DNA from: a virus
Taxonomy: Duplodnaviria; Caudoviricetes
Length of the DNA stretch: 47,552 nucleotides
IMG/VR virus record: IMGVR_UViG_3300043414_000911
Coordinates: 1 to 47,552 of that record
Direction: 5' to 3' (one strand)
The position numbers and the translations under genes were made by a program. The notes beneath the pieces are model-generated. The model saw nothing but the letters and a program-made list of their open reading frames with translations, was not told the DNA's origin and made no database searches. This document shows positions 1 to 7,811 of the stretch, in pieces (position 1 is the first letter of the stretch; every line of letters begins with the position of its first letter).

Positions 1-19
1 AAGAAAGAGAGGATAGACA

Positions 20-865
20 ATGACATACATCATCACTAACGAGAGTATCACGGTGGTCGCCAACGGCCAGTCGTATACTCTATCCGCAACCCACGGCAAC
101 TTCAACGCTGTCTTGGATGCGATTCGAGCAGGTGCTCCCGAAGCAGAAGTCATCGAGCTGATCAACCCTCGCATCGCATTGACCAAGTATCTTGGTGGTG
201 CGTTCGAGGTGTCCGAGAACTCGGTGAAGTACAACGGCGAAGAAGTACACGGCGTACTTGTTCAGCGTATCCTCGAATGCCATCGCAATGGATTGCCACT
301 CGACCCGTTGCTTCGGTTCTTCGAGAACTTGGAACGGAACGACAGCCGTCGTGCCCGCACCGAGCTGTACACATTCCTTGCCCACGGCAATATGCCAATC
401 ACCCCAGACGGGTGCTTCTTGGCATACAAGTCCCTGCGTAGTGACTATACAGATCACCACACGGGCAAGTTCTCCAATCGAGTAGGCTCAACCCTACGGA
501 TGGAGCGACGCAAGGTATGCGACGACGCTGGCATCGGATGCTCTTATGGCTTCCACGCTGGCTCGCTCGAGTACGCTCAGTCCTTCGGAAGTGGGGACAA
601 ACGCATCGTGATCGTCAAGATCAACCCCGCTGATGTCGTAAGCGTCCCGACAGATTGCGAATGCCAGAAGCTTCGCACCTGCCAGTACGAGGTGGTCGAC
701 GAGTTCAATGGTGCTCTTCGGAATACCATTGCCAACGACGGCAACTTGTACAACGACGAAGACGAATACGGGAGCGGTGATTCCGTCTCCGTAAGTAACA
801 ACGACAAGATCGAGGAAGCCCTTGAGGGTATCCGCAACATCTTGTTCGACCTCGCTAACCGATAA
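20..865 (+). CDS. rIIB: rIIB-like protein
   Basis: C-terminal motifs typical of phage rIIB: 'ITPDGCFLAYK', 'DYTDHHTGKFSN', 'CSYGFHAGSLEYA', 'VKINPADVVSVP..C...KLRTCQYEVV'. GAGGA RBS upstream. Confidence 0.85.
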   Translation: MTYIITNESITVVANGQSYTLSATHGNFNAVLDAIRAGAPEAEVIELINPRIALTKYLGGAFEVSENSVKYNGEEVHGVLVQRILECHRNGLPLDPLLRFFENLERNDSRRARTELYTFLAHGNMPITPDGCFLAYKSLRSDYTDHHTGKFSNRVGSTLRMERRKVCDDAGIGCSYGFHAGSLEYAQSFGSGDKRIVIVKINPADVVSVPTDCECQKLRTCQYEVVDEFNGALRNTIANDGNLYNDEDEYGSGDSVSVSNNDKIEEALEGIRNILFDLANR

Positions 866-873
866 CATAACCC

Positions 874-912
874 GAGCCCCGTCGTGGCAACTCCACGGCG
901 GGGTTCATATTC
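874..912 (+). terminator. GC-rich hairpin after rIIB (probable intrinsic terminator or stabiliser)
   Basis: gagccccgtcgtgg-caact-ccacggcggggttc forms a 14-bp stem with G-U pairs; the following tract (atattctt) is only weakly U-rich. Confidence 0.6.
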
Positions 913-927
913 TTGAAAGGAATACCA

Positions 928-1356
928 ATGAAACTATTACCCATCGCCGTTAAATCTGGAGGACTGGCGAAGCTCCTCAACAATCACATCATCATTGATG
1001 AAGTGGTCTCATCCAAGACAGCGACAGATGATTTCCCCAACAACAAATTAACGGTCCGCCAACAAGCGTGGCAACCAAACTACAAGTCCGTTCGCCTTAC
1101 CTATAAGACGGTAAAGCAAATCGTACACGGACCTGGAGACATCTACGACTCGATAAGGAAGTGGCATACCGACATCATATTCAAAGATGATAGATGGAGG
1201 ATGGCGCCAGCTTTAGCCAGCGGTCGCTTGGACTTCGAGACTTACTCTAACTATGTAGGCACGACTCAGTATCTTGCGGAAGTCATCCGAAGTATCGGAG
1301 ACAACAAACAACCATCAACATTCCAGCAATGGAAAGAAAGGTTCATCAATGCTTAA
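928..1356 (+). CDS. hypothetical protein
   Basis: ATG at 928 preceded by GAAAGGA; overlaps the next gene's start. Confidence 0.7.
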   Translation: MKLLPIAVKSGGLAKLLNNHIIIDEVVSSKTATDDFPNNKLTVRQQAWQPNYKSVRLTYKTVKQIVHGPGDIYDSIRKWHTDIIFKDDRWRMAPALASGRLDFETYSNYVGTTQYLAEVIRSIGDNKQPSTFQQWKERFINA

Positions 1357-2065
1357 GTTTAATCGCGGTAACGCCAAGCTTGGTAACAACATCTACACCT
1401 TCAGTCTACCAGCAGGTTACTCCTGCCCCGGCGCATTGGAGTGTTTGTCTCGAGCAGGTCGCCACGGAGGCGGACTGCAAGACGGATTGGAAACCAAGTT
1501 CCGATGCTTCGCCGCATCGGACGAAGCTCAGTACAAGAACACTCGCAACCAGCGATGGTTCAACTTCGACTTGCTCAAGGGCAAGACGAGTGAGCAGATG
1601 ACAACGCTGATCGAAGCAAGTCTACCCAAGAAGGCTATGCTCATACGCATCCATGTATCGGGTGACTTCTTCAACCAACATTACTTCGACGCTTGGGTTG
1701 CGGTAGCTCGGAACAATCCGAGCCGAACCTTCTACGCCTACACCAAGAGTCTACACTTCTGGCTGGCACGGAAGGATGAGATACCCGAGAACCTAGCACT
1801 CAATGCTAGCCGAGGTGGCACTCACGACTGGCTGATTGACACCTACCAGTTCAAGTCTGCGACAGTTGTGTTCAGCGAGAAGGAAGCCGAAGAGAAGGGG
1901 TTGAAGATTGATCACGACGACAGCCTCGCCTATCACTCCGAAGATTCATTCGCCCTGCTCATCCACGGGACACAGCCCGCTGGTAGCTTGGCATCCAAAG
2001 CCTTGTCTGCCTTACGAAAATTAGGCTGGACGGGTTACAACAAAAAGAATAAGAAAGGAAGCTAA
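1349..2065 (+). CDS. GP88-like protein (Cys-rich, radical-SAM-like fold suspected)
   Basis: 'NAKL...FSLPAGYSCPGA..C', 'RIHVSGDFF...YFDAW', 'FYAYTKS' match the phage gene-product-88 family. ATG at 1349 with GAAAGG RBS. Confidence 0.75.
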   Translation: MLKFNRGNAKLGNNIYTFSLPAGYSCPGALECLSRAGRHGGGLQDGLETKFRCFAASDEAQYKNTRNQRWFNFDLLKGKTSEQMTTLIEASLPKKAMLIRIHVSGDFFNQHYFDAWVAVARNNPSRTFYAYTKSLHFWLARKDEIPENLALNASRGGTHDWLIDTYQFKSATVVFSEKEAEEKGLKIDHDDSLAYHSEDSFALLIHGTQPAGSLASKALSALRKLGWTGYNKKNKKGS

Positions 2066-2067
2066 TA

Positions 2068-2724
2068 ATGAAAGTACTTATCGCTTGTGAGTATTCTGGT
2101 ACGGTTCGGGATGCGTTCATCGCAAGAGGACACGACGCTATGTCGTGCGATCTTCTCCCGACCGATAAGAAAGGACCGCACTACCAAGGTAGTGTGTTCG
2201 ACATCATAAATGATGGATGGGACTTGATGGTCGCCCATCCACCCTGCACCTACCTGTGCAACTCGGGTGTGTGCTGGCTATACAAACAGCACGATAGGTT
2301 CGACAAGATGCGGGCTGGTGCCGAGTTCTTCAAGCAGTTGCTTGAGGCCGACATCCCCTACATCGCCGTCGAGAATCCTATCATGCACAAGTACGCCAAG
2401 GATATCGTTGGCCGTGGCCCCGACCAGATCATCCAGCCTTGGATGTTCGGCCACAAGGAGAAGAAAGGTACTGGCTTGTGGCTCAAGGGATTGCCCAAGC
2501 TTGAGCCGACTACCAACCTTAAGAAACAAACCGACGCCCTGCCCATCGCAGTCCAGCAACGGATTCATTGGCAGTCACCAGGAAAAGATCGGTGGAAGGT
2601 TCGGAGTACAACCTTCAAAGGAATCGCCAAGGCTATGGCAAAGCAATGGGGTGACCTTGAAGAATACGAAGACCCTAATGACTACGCCGGCATGGGCTGG
2701 GTAGGACAGGACGGTAGACCATGA
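2068..2724 (+). CDS. phage DNA cytosine methyltransferase-like protein, copy 1
   Basis: 'MKVLIACEYSG.VRDAF', 'WDLMVAHPPCTYL' (catalytic PC), 'AVENP' (motif VI-like), 'IQPWMFGH', 'T.LWLKGLP'. Confidence 0.75.
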   Translation: MKVLIACEYSGTVRDAFIARGHDAMSCDLLPTDKKGPHYQGSVFDIINDGWDLMVAHPPCTYLCNSGVCWLYKQHDRFDKMRAGAEFFKQLLEADIPYIAVENPIMHKYAKDIVGRGPDQIIQPWMFGHKEKKGTGLWLKGLPKLEPTTNLKKQTDALPIAVQQRIHWQSPGKDRWKVRSTTFKGIAKAMAKQWGDLEEYEDPNDYAGMGWVGQDGRP

Positions 2725-2933
2725 GATTCTTTTATCACTTCAACAAACCCTTGTCCCTGCAACGCAAGGATGTGTGGTGGACAATCCACTACCAAGGCCG
2801 ATGCGTTCCAATTCAAGGATTCAACTGCCGTGTTGCGACACAAGATCGCAAACGGAAAGCACAACCCCGCGCTGTGGTATGGGGCGATGCCCGTAGCATC
2901 GTCATCCAAGACAACCGAGCGATCATTACTTAA
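2721..2933 (+). CDS. small basic hypothetical protein
   Basis: ATGA overlap with upstream gene; 'FFYHFNKP...WTIHY...C...QPRAVVWG'. Confidence 0.7.
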   Translation: MRFFYHFNKPLSLQRKDVWWTIHYQGRCVPIQGFNCRVATQDRKRKAQPRAVVWGDARSIVIQDNRAIIT

Positions 2934-2942
2934 GGAGAACAT

Positions 2943-3548
2943 ATGAAAGTATTAGTAGCATGCGAGTACTCCGGCACAGTCCGTGATGCTTTCATTGCTC
3001 AAGGCCATCAGGCTATGAGCTGTGACATCATACCCACGGATGTTCCCGGCCAGCATTACCAAGGTGACGTAAGGAATGTTCTCGATGGTGGTTGGGACTT
3101 AATGATTGCCCATCCCCCTTGCACCTACCTATCCAACGCAGGAGCTAGGTTCCTGTACCCAAAGGGAAGGTTGAACAAGGCTAGACTCAAGCTGGGCAGG
3201 GAAGGACGAGAGTTCTTTATGGCGTTATGGAATGCCGACATTCCTATGATTGCCATCGAGAACCCCACTCCATCCACGGTCTTCAACCTACCCCGTTACG
3301 ACCAAGTGATTCAACCCTACGAGTTCGGGCATCCCGTGCAGAAGCGGACGTGCCTATGGCTCAAGGGTCTGCCACCATTGAGACCGACACGGGTTGTTAA
3401 GAACCCGCAGAGTAGCAAGGTTCCTGGCAACTGGTTTAACAAGGGTGGCAAGGATAGACAGAAGAACAGAGCAAAGACCTTCGACGGTATAGCAAAAGCA
3501 ATGGCTTCCCAATGGGGAGTCTTACAACATGAAAGGATAACAACATGA
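2943..3548 (+). CDS. phage DNA cytosine methyltransferase-like protein, copy 2
   Basis: Same motifs as 2068..2724 (ACEYSG, HPPCTYL, IENP, QPYEFGH, CLWLKGLP, GIAKAMA.QWG); AAGGAG RBS. Confidence 0.75.
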   Translation: MKVLVACEYSGTVRDAFIAQGHQAMSCDIIPTDVPGQHYQGDVRNVLDGGWDLMIAHPPCTYLSNAGARFLYPKGRLNKARLKLGREGREFFMALWNADIPMIAIENPTPSTVFNLPRYDQVIQPYEFGHPVQKRTCLWLKGLPPLRPTRVVKNPQSSKVPGNWFNKGGKDRQKNRAKTFDGIAKAMASQWGVLQHERITT

Positions 3549-3892
3549 AAACAAAACTCAAACCCACAACAAAACAGACACCTTCCAAGAAAGACTATGA
3601 CCTCATCAGCAAGGTTGCAAAAAGGGCAATCAAGCTAGAGCCTGATTTGGCATGGTGGGGTGGCCCCCATTCTTGGCTAGGAGATCGAGGGCAAACCGAT
3701 CTTATGATGGACTTGACAGTCTGTCACTCCAAGCACTTCAAGCTTCGCTTAAGCGAGATGTTGAAGACCAAGGACACATTCAGCCTGATGCACGACATCT
3801 ATATGATCGCAGGGTCTGTCAACAAAGAGACCCTCGGTTGGGATGGGCTTGGTTCGCCACGCTTCACAGAAACTAGACTGGCTCGCACATGA
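3545..3892 (+). CDS. DUF6874-like hypothetical protein
   Basis: 'LMMDL..CH....L.L..ML.....F.LMHDI..I....N.ET......PRF' resembles this phage family; GAAAGGA RBS. Confidence 0.6.
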   Translation: MKTKLKPTTKQTPSKKDYDLISKVAKRAIKLEPDLAWWGGPHSWLGDRGQTDLMMDLTVCHSKHFKLRLSEMLKTKDTFSLMHDIYMIAGSVNKETLGWDGLGSPRFTETRLART

Positions 3893-4107
3893 GTCTACTT
3901 AACAAAGCCGCGGTCAAACGATCGGCGTTGGACTTGGCTAGTGCTAAGTTCAAGGAGCGAAACAAAACGAGGATGGAGATGGGCCTCGCCCCATTGAAAG
4001 CTCCACCATCCAGGGTGAGCGGTGAATTCATCGACACCTTCGAGGCCAAGGTGATTGGTCTCCTCAACACAATGGTATACGAACACAAGACAGGAGCAAC
4101 ACTATGA
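3889..4107 (+). CDS. hypothetical protein
   Basis: ATGA overlaps at both ends. Confidence 0.7.
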   Translation: MSLLNKAAVKRSALDLASAKFKERNKTRMEMGLAPLKAPPSRVSGEFIDTFEAKVIGLLNTMVYEHKTGATL

Positions 4108-4208
4108 CGGAAGCTGAACAAAAAGAAATTCTGGCTAGGATCACCGTTGATGAATGGCTAGACAAAATGTATGAAGAACGGAAACGAAACGAAAGGAAAA
4201 CACTATGA
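4104..4208 (+). CDS. 34-aa hypothetical peptide (not in ORF track)
   Basis: MTEAEQKEILARITVDEWLDKMYEERKRNERKTL; AGGAG RBS and ATGA overlaps with both neighbours. Confidence 0.65.
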   Translation: MTEAEQKEILARITVDEWLDKMYEERKRNERKTL

Positions 4209-4390
4209 ACATTGTGATCAATAAGAAGGAAGTCGATCAGAACTCTATAGAGATTGATCTAGTTCAATGGATTCATAAGTCAGCATCTTTTGTTGACGGA
4301 ACTCCTTTAGACGAAGATGATCTCTGTAAGCTTGACGAGATTCGTGAAGCTGAATTGACGGAAGAAATGCAAAACTACAGAAGGGAATAA
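4205..4390 (+). CDS. acidic hypothetical protein
   Basis: GAAAGGA RBS; ATGA overlap. Confidence 0.7.
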   Translation: MNIVINKKEVDQNSIEIDLVQWIHKSASFVDGTPLDEDDLCKLDEIREAELTEEMQNYRRE

Positions 4391-4394
4391 GACT

Positions 4395-4688
4395 ATGAAG
4401 AAACCTAAATTAAAATACTACATCGCAACAGTCAGGGAAACCTCTGGGGATACGGAATACGACACTCAGTATCTGTTTAAGACAACCAAATGCCCAATCG
4501 ATTACACCGATATGGTTGCGAGAACATGGAGAGGCGGAGACGTAGATAGCGAGATAGATAAAGATATGATGGGCTATTGGTCAGACAACGCCCTCATCCA
4601 AGCAGACGAGTACAGGAAAATCTCAGTCGGAGATTTCAATGTGCTCAAAAAATATCTGACTGTATCAGATAGTCTCTACATCAAATGA
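4395..4688 (+). CDS. hypothetical protein
   Basis: GAAGGGA RBS; tight gene packing. Confidence 0.7.
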   Translation: MKKPKLKYYIATVRETSGDTEYDTQYLFKTTKCPIDYTDMVARTWRGGDVDSEIDKDMMGYWSDNALIQADEYRKISVGDFNVLKKYLTVSDSLYIK

Positions 4689-4701
4689 AAGGAACAATAC
4701 T

Positions 4702-4944
4702 ATGACATATGCAATCAAACGTTCGGACGGTCTGTACTTAACAATCGACGAGACTTGGACAGAGCTAATGCCTGGACTGAAAGCCGATAACATCCGTGGC
4801 TACACGGAAGCGGAAGACGTCTTCAAGGAAGCTCGGCAGGTCAGCGGGATAGCCGTTGCCCATCCTTGGCCAGCAGGTAAACAGCGCGAGCTGTTCCCGC
4901 TATGGGCTGAGCTTGGACCGGAAAAGAAAGAAGAAACAATATGA
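4702..4944 (+). CDS. hypothetical protein
   Basis: GAAAGGA RBS. Confidence 0.7.
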   Translation: MTYAIKRSDGLYLTIDETWTELMPGLKADNIRGYTEAEDVFKEARQVSGIAVAHPWPAGKQRELFPLWAELGPEKKEETI

Positions 4945-5135
4945 ATAAAACTATTATGCTGGGGCGGGCATCCGCCTTCCCAAGTTCAACGGATGCGGGG
5001 ATGACGAAGCTTGAGTACATCGCTACTCAGATCTTCGCAGCCATGCATACCACAACCAACGCGGTGCCAGAGGAAAGCTACGCCGTACTCCAGGCGCACA
5101 ACCTACTAGCTGAACTTAATAAGGAGGAAGAATGA
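4941..5135 (+). CDS. small phage protein ('AFP...GMTKLEY.A...' family)
   Basis: 'SAFP.....GMTKLEYIATQIFAAM...AVLQAHNLLAEL' is a widespread small phage protein pattern; ATGA overlap. Confidence 0.7.
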   Translation: MNKTIMLGRASAFPSSTDAGMTKLEYIATQIFAAMHTTTNAVPEESYAVLQAHNLLAELNKEEE

Positions 5136-5347
5136 AGTATACCTTTGTAACATATCTGAAAGACCCATCGTCTGAAGAACATAAGGTCTTTAAGTTTAAG
5201 AGTCTTGAAGATGCTAATACTTGGTTCAATAAATTTACCGCCATCTCAACTGGGCGAGTATTCAACCGAAGAAAGATCACGTTCAACGCCAAAGGTCTGG
5301 TGACCTCACGCGATGGAGCTGTGGTCGGAATGTGGAGGACATGCTAA
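5132..5347 (+). CDS. hypothetical protein
   Basis: AAGGAGG RBS; ATGA overlap. Confidence 0.7.
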   Translation: MKYTFVTYLKDPSSEEHKVFKFKSLEDANTWFNKFTAISTGRVFNRRKITFNAKGLVTSRDGAVVGMWRTC

Positions 5348-5538
5348 TGAAAGAAGTTAAAGGTGAATTGTTATATGTGTTTGCAGATGACTCGTACATC
5401 GTTCCGTATAGCGGGACGATTAGGAGCGGGGTGATAGTTGATATGGAATACGATGCCCCAACCGCATTGATGGAAGCAATGCAGGCTCCATTGGCAACCG
5501 AAATTCACGAGGCAATCATGAGAGAGGCAAAGGTATGA
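5347..5538 (+). CDS. hypothetical protein
   Basis: GGAGG RBS and TAATG overlap at 5347. Confidence 0.65.
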   Translation: MKEVKGELLYVFADDSYIVPYSGTIRSGVIVDMEYDAPTALMEAMQAPLATEIHEAIMREAKV

Positions 5539-5996
5539 TAGACATTAAAAGAATTAGCTTACTGATACTTGGCTCTTTGGCATGGGCTTCGTCCTATGCT
5601 GAAGATAATTACCTTGGCGTACTTAACGCCAATGCGTCATACATTAACTCAATATCCAATACATCAGGTACAAAGACGGGAGACTTCTCAACGGCTTCCA
5701 TCTTCGCCCCTGAGGAGAACGCTCAATGGGCGACGCACGGTCCGGTAGTCGTAGCGGTAGACGGTCAGGTGCTTGGAACTCTCAGCTCGTTGGAGACGGA
5801 CACTCACTCCCTCTTCAACGAAACAATCGCAGTCCAAGTTCCTTACACCTACCTCTGCGAGACTTGCACTCACAGTTACAACAATCAGTTCTCAACCTCA
5901 GGCCCTAAGATCTATGACTCTCAGGCGTCTGAGTACGAGGACAAGATCGGTAGTCTTATCGGTAAAGAGATTGGTGCGGACGATGAGCGACATTAG
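5535..5996 (+). CDS. exported protein with N-terminal signal peptide
   Basis: MIDIKR-ISLLILGSLAWA-SSYA signal peptide; two degenerate 'LG.L.......S.N' repeats. Confidence 0.7.
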   Translation: MIDIKRISLLILGSLAWASSYAEDNYLGVLNANASYINSISNTSGTKTGDFSTASIFAPEENAQWATHGPVVVAVDGQVLGTLSSLETDTHSLFNETIAVQVPYTYLCETCTHSYNNQFSTSGPKIYDSQASEYEDKIGSLIGKEIGADDERH

Positions 5997-6183
5997 TCAC
6001 GACTCGCTTCGGCAACGGGGCGATGTTACATTCGAGTCCATGCAGAATGGTAAAGGCGATTCCCCTCGGAGCATGTCTGATCGGTTCTATAAAAACTATC
6101 AGGCTATTGATTGGGGAAAGAAGAAAGCTTCTCTCAAACCGGGGAAGAAGCAAGTGTTCAAGTACGCTAGTCCAAAAGGCTAG
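5983..6183 (+). CDS. small basic phage protein ('GKGD.PR...NY..IDWG' family)
   Basis: ATG at 5983; motif NGKGDSPR...YKNYQAIDWGKKK. Confidence 0.65.
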   Translation: MSDISHDSLRQRGDVTFESMQNGKGDSPRSMSDRFYKNYQAIDWGKKKASLKPGKKQVFKYASPKG

Positions 6184-6454
6184 GGTCTAACATGGCATCG
6201 TGGCGGAAGTTGGCATCGTAAGTGGCAAACCTGCGGGCCAGCTCCCGCCTCGTTGCTATGACTTGTTTATCTAATTGCACAATCGCTTTGTCTAAATCTT
6301 CAGCGTACTCTTGGCCATCCTCGATATCTTGGAGCACAGCCTGATGTTCAACCCGTAAGCCGTCAACATCCTTGCGTAGCTTGGATAACTTGGACACCTC
6401 TTTCTTAAACCAAGAGGAATACTTCACGGGTTTTTTCACACCCTCAATATTCAT
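6167..6454 (-). CDS. coiled-coil hypothetical protein, last gene of the late strand
   Basis: Heptad-rich 95 aa; promoter-like element directly upstream. Confidence 0.7.
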   Translation of the reverse strand: MNIEGVKKPVKYSSWFKKEVSKLSKLRKDVDGLRVEHQAVLQDIEDGQEYAEDLDKAIVQLDKQVIATRRELARRFATYDANFRHDAMLDPSLLD

Positions 6455-6460
6455 ATAGAA

Positions 6461-6489
6461 AACGTAGTTGGCTAGTAGCCAACTATCAA
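6461..6489 (-). promoter_or_regulatory. promoter-like element with overlapping perfect inverted repeat
   Basis: TTGATA-N17-TACGTT-N6-ATG on -; TAGTTGGCTA-G-TAGCCAACTA at 6465-6485. Confidence 0.5.
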
Positions 6490-6490
6490 A

Positions 6491-6862
6491 TTATTTATTA
6501 AACGGAACGGCTTCGTTCAAAACCTGACGACGACCGGAACAAGACCAACATCCTTGAACATTCGTACCTAATGCTTTGTCGATAGCCCACGCGATTGGCT
6601 GAGCAATGGTATGCACAAGATCCCCAAGCCCACGAGTTCCCTCTGAGCAAGGCCCATTGTTATTTGCTTTACACATATAAGCGTGGATAGCATCCACAAT
6701 TTTAGCGTCTACTTCTAAACCATTAGTCCTACGGTGTGACACAACACCAGAAACTAAATCAGTAAAACTACCAGCAGTTATAACTTGTTTGGTATCCTCG
6801 TCTTGATAAACAAAACCAGACGGTGGATGAATCGAAGTATCCCTAAGATACTGCTGGCTCAT
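6491..6862 (-). CDS. Cys-containing hypothetical protein
   Basis: 'GLGDLVH.IAQPIA..ID....T....CWSC..RR..LN'; ATGA overlap with upstream gene. Confidence 0.75.
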   Translation of the reverse strand: MSQQYLRDTSIHPPSGFVYQDEDTKQVITAGSFTDLVSGVVSHRRTNGLEVDAKIVDAIHAYMCKANNNGPCSEGTRGLGDLVHTIAQPIAWAIDKALGTNVQGCWSCSGRRQVLNEAVPFNK

Positions 6863-7014
6863 TTTTTATTCGACTTACCAGCAGCGGCTAAACCAATGGC
6901 TATAATCTGAGCACGAGAACGGGGTTTGCCCATTGCTCCACGCTCCTTACCCTTCTTCTTATTGTCTGCGTATAGCTCGCTAATGTTCTTCGAAACGTTA
7001 CGTCCTAGGGGCAT
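6859..7014 (-). CDS. 51-aa basic protein (DUF6496-like 'QxIAIGL' motif; not in ORF track)
   Basis: MPLGRNVSKNISELYADNKKKGKERGAMGKPRSRAQIIAIGLAAAGKSNKK; AAAAGGA RBS. Confidence 0.75.
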   Translation of the reverse strand: MPLGRNVSKNISELYADNKKKGKERGAMGKPRSRAQIIAIGLAAAGKSNKK

Positions 7015-7026
7015 ATGATTCCTTTC

Positions 7027-7470
7027 TTATACTAAGCTGAGAAGAAACTTTAGTTGGTATAGATTCCCCAAAATTTCATCTCGAATGTTCAAAAGATCTG
7101 TACATTTTGGATCAATCAAAGTTGGAAACGTTTCAACCAAGAAAGTAATAAGCTTATCGGTATATGCAAAAGCAACATCAATCGTTGAAAAGTTTTCAAT
7201 GCCAAGCTTGAAAGATGACGTTGCAAAGATACGACCATACCGTCCTTGGTAAGCTTCAATAAGTTCATCAGTATGTTCACGAAGAGAGTTAACAACCCCA
7301 TCAAATGATTGATGTTGGCTAAAAGACTTAGTCTGCCAATGGAAAATTTTATACTGATCGGCTGCGCCTACAAGAGTTGTAAGGATAAGTTCTCCGTTAC
7401 TACCTTGGCTTTGGGTTTTATTAGCCGTTGGGTAATACTTTTCAGTAGCTTTTACAACACCCGTTGTCAT
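7027..7470 (-). CDS. ferritin/Dps-like four-helix protein (DUF5856-like)
   Basis: 'HWQT.SF.QH......Y/V..L....D.LIEAYQG.YG', 'DLLNIRDEI......LKFLL'. Confidence 0.75.
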   Translation of the reverse strand: MTTGVVKATEKYYPTANKTQSQGSNGELILTTLVGAADQYKIFHWQTKSFSQHQSFDGVVNSLREHTDELIEAYQGRYGRIFATSSFKLGIENFSTIDVAFAYTDKLITFLVETFPTLIDPKCTDLLNIRDEILGNLYQLKFLLSLV

Positions 7471-7477
7471 AAGTTCT

Positions 7478-7506
7478 TATCTACTAAGTTAACCAAGTAT
7501 TGGCAA
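7478..7506 (-). promoter_or_regulatory. late promoter-like motif
   Basis: TTGCCA-N17-TAGATA-N7-ATG. Confidence 0.5.
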
Positions 7507-7507
7507 C

Positions 7508-7810
7508 CTAGTATTTACCCTTACGGTTAGAGGGGTTTGCGGTAGTTGAACCGCCAGGACCAGCCCAAAGATTCTTACAAGCCCAGTACCTAGCACCTAG
7601 TTTGCTCCCAGCATTCGCGCAGTTATGTCTAGCCCTGAATGACTTACGTGCCGCTGCTGAGTAGTTATTACCGTAACCCTTAGCCCCAAAGTGTACGATC
7701 TTTTCCTTGCCACCCTCGCAAGCTTTGACCACCTTCTTCTTACCCGCGATCCACGATGCACGGGGTCGGTTGCAAGGCATATCGTTCTTAGATGCGTGTC
7801 CGAGTGGCAT
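7508..7810 (-). CDS. basic Cys-containing phage protein ('K.VHFG...RKSFRARH.C...YW.C' family)
   Basis: True start MPLGHASK at 7810; motif EKIVHFGAKGY...ARKSFRARHNC...ARYWAC is widespread in aquatic phages. Confidence 0.75.
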   Translation of the reverse strand: MPLGHASKNDMPCNRPRASWIAGKKKVVKACEGGKEKIVHFGAKGYGNNYSAAARKSFRARHNCANAGSKLGARYWACKNLWAGPGGSTTANPSNRKGKY

Positions 7811-7811
7811 A

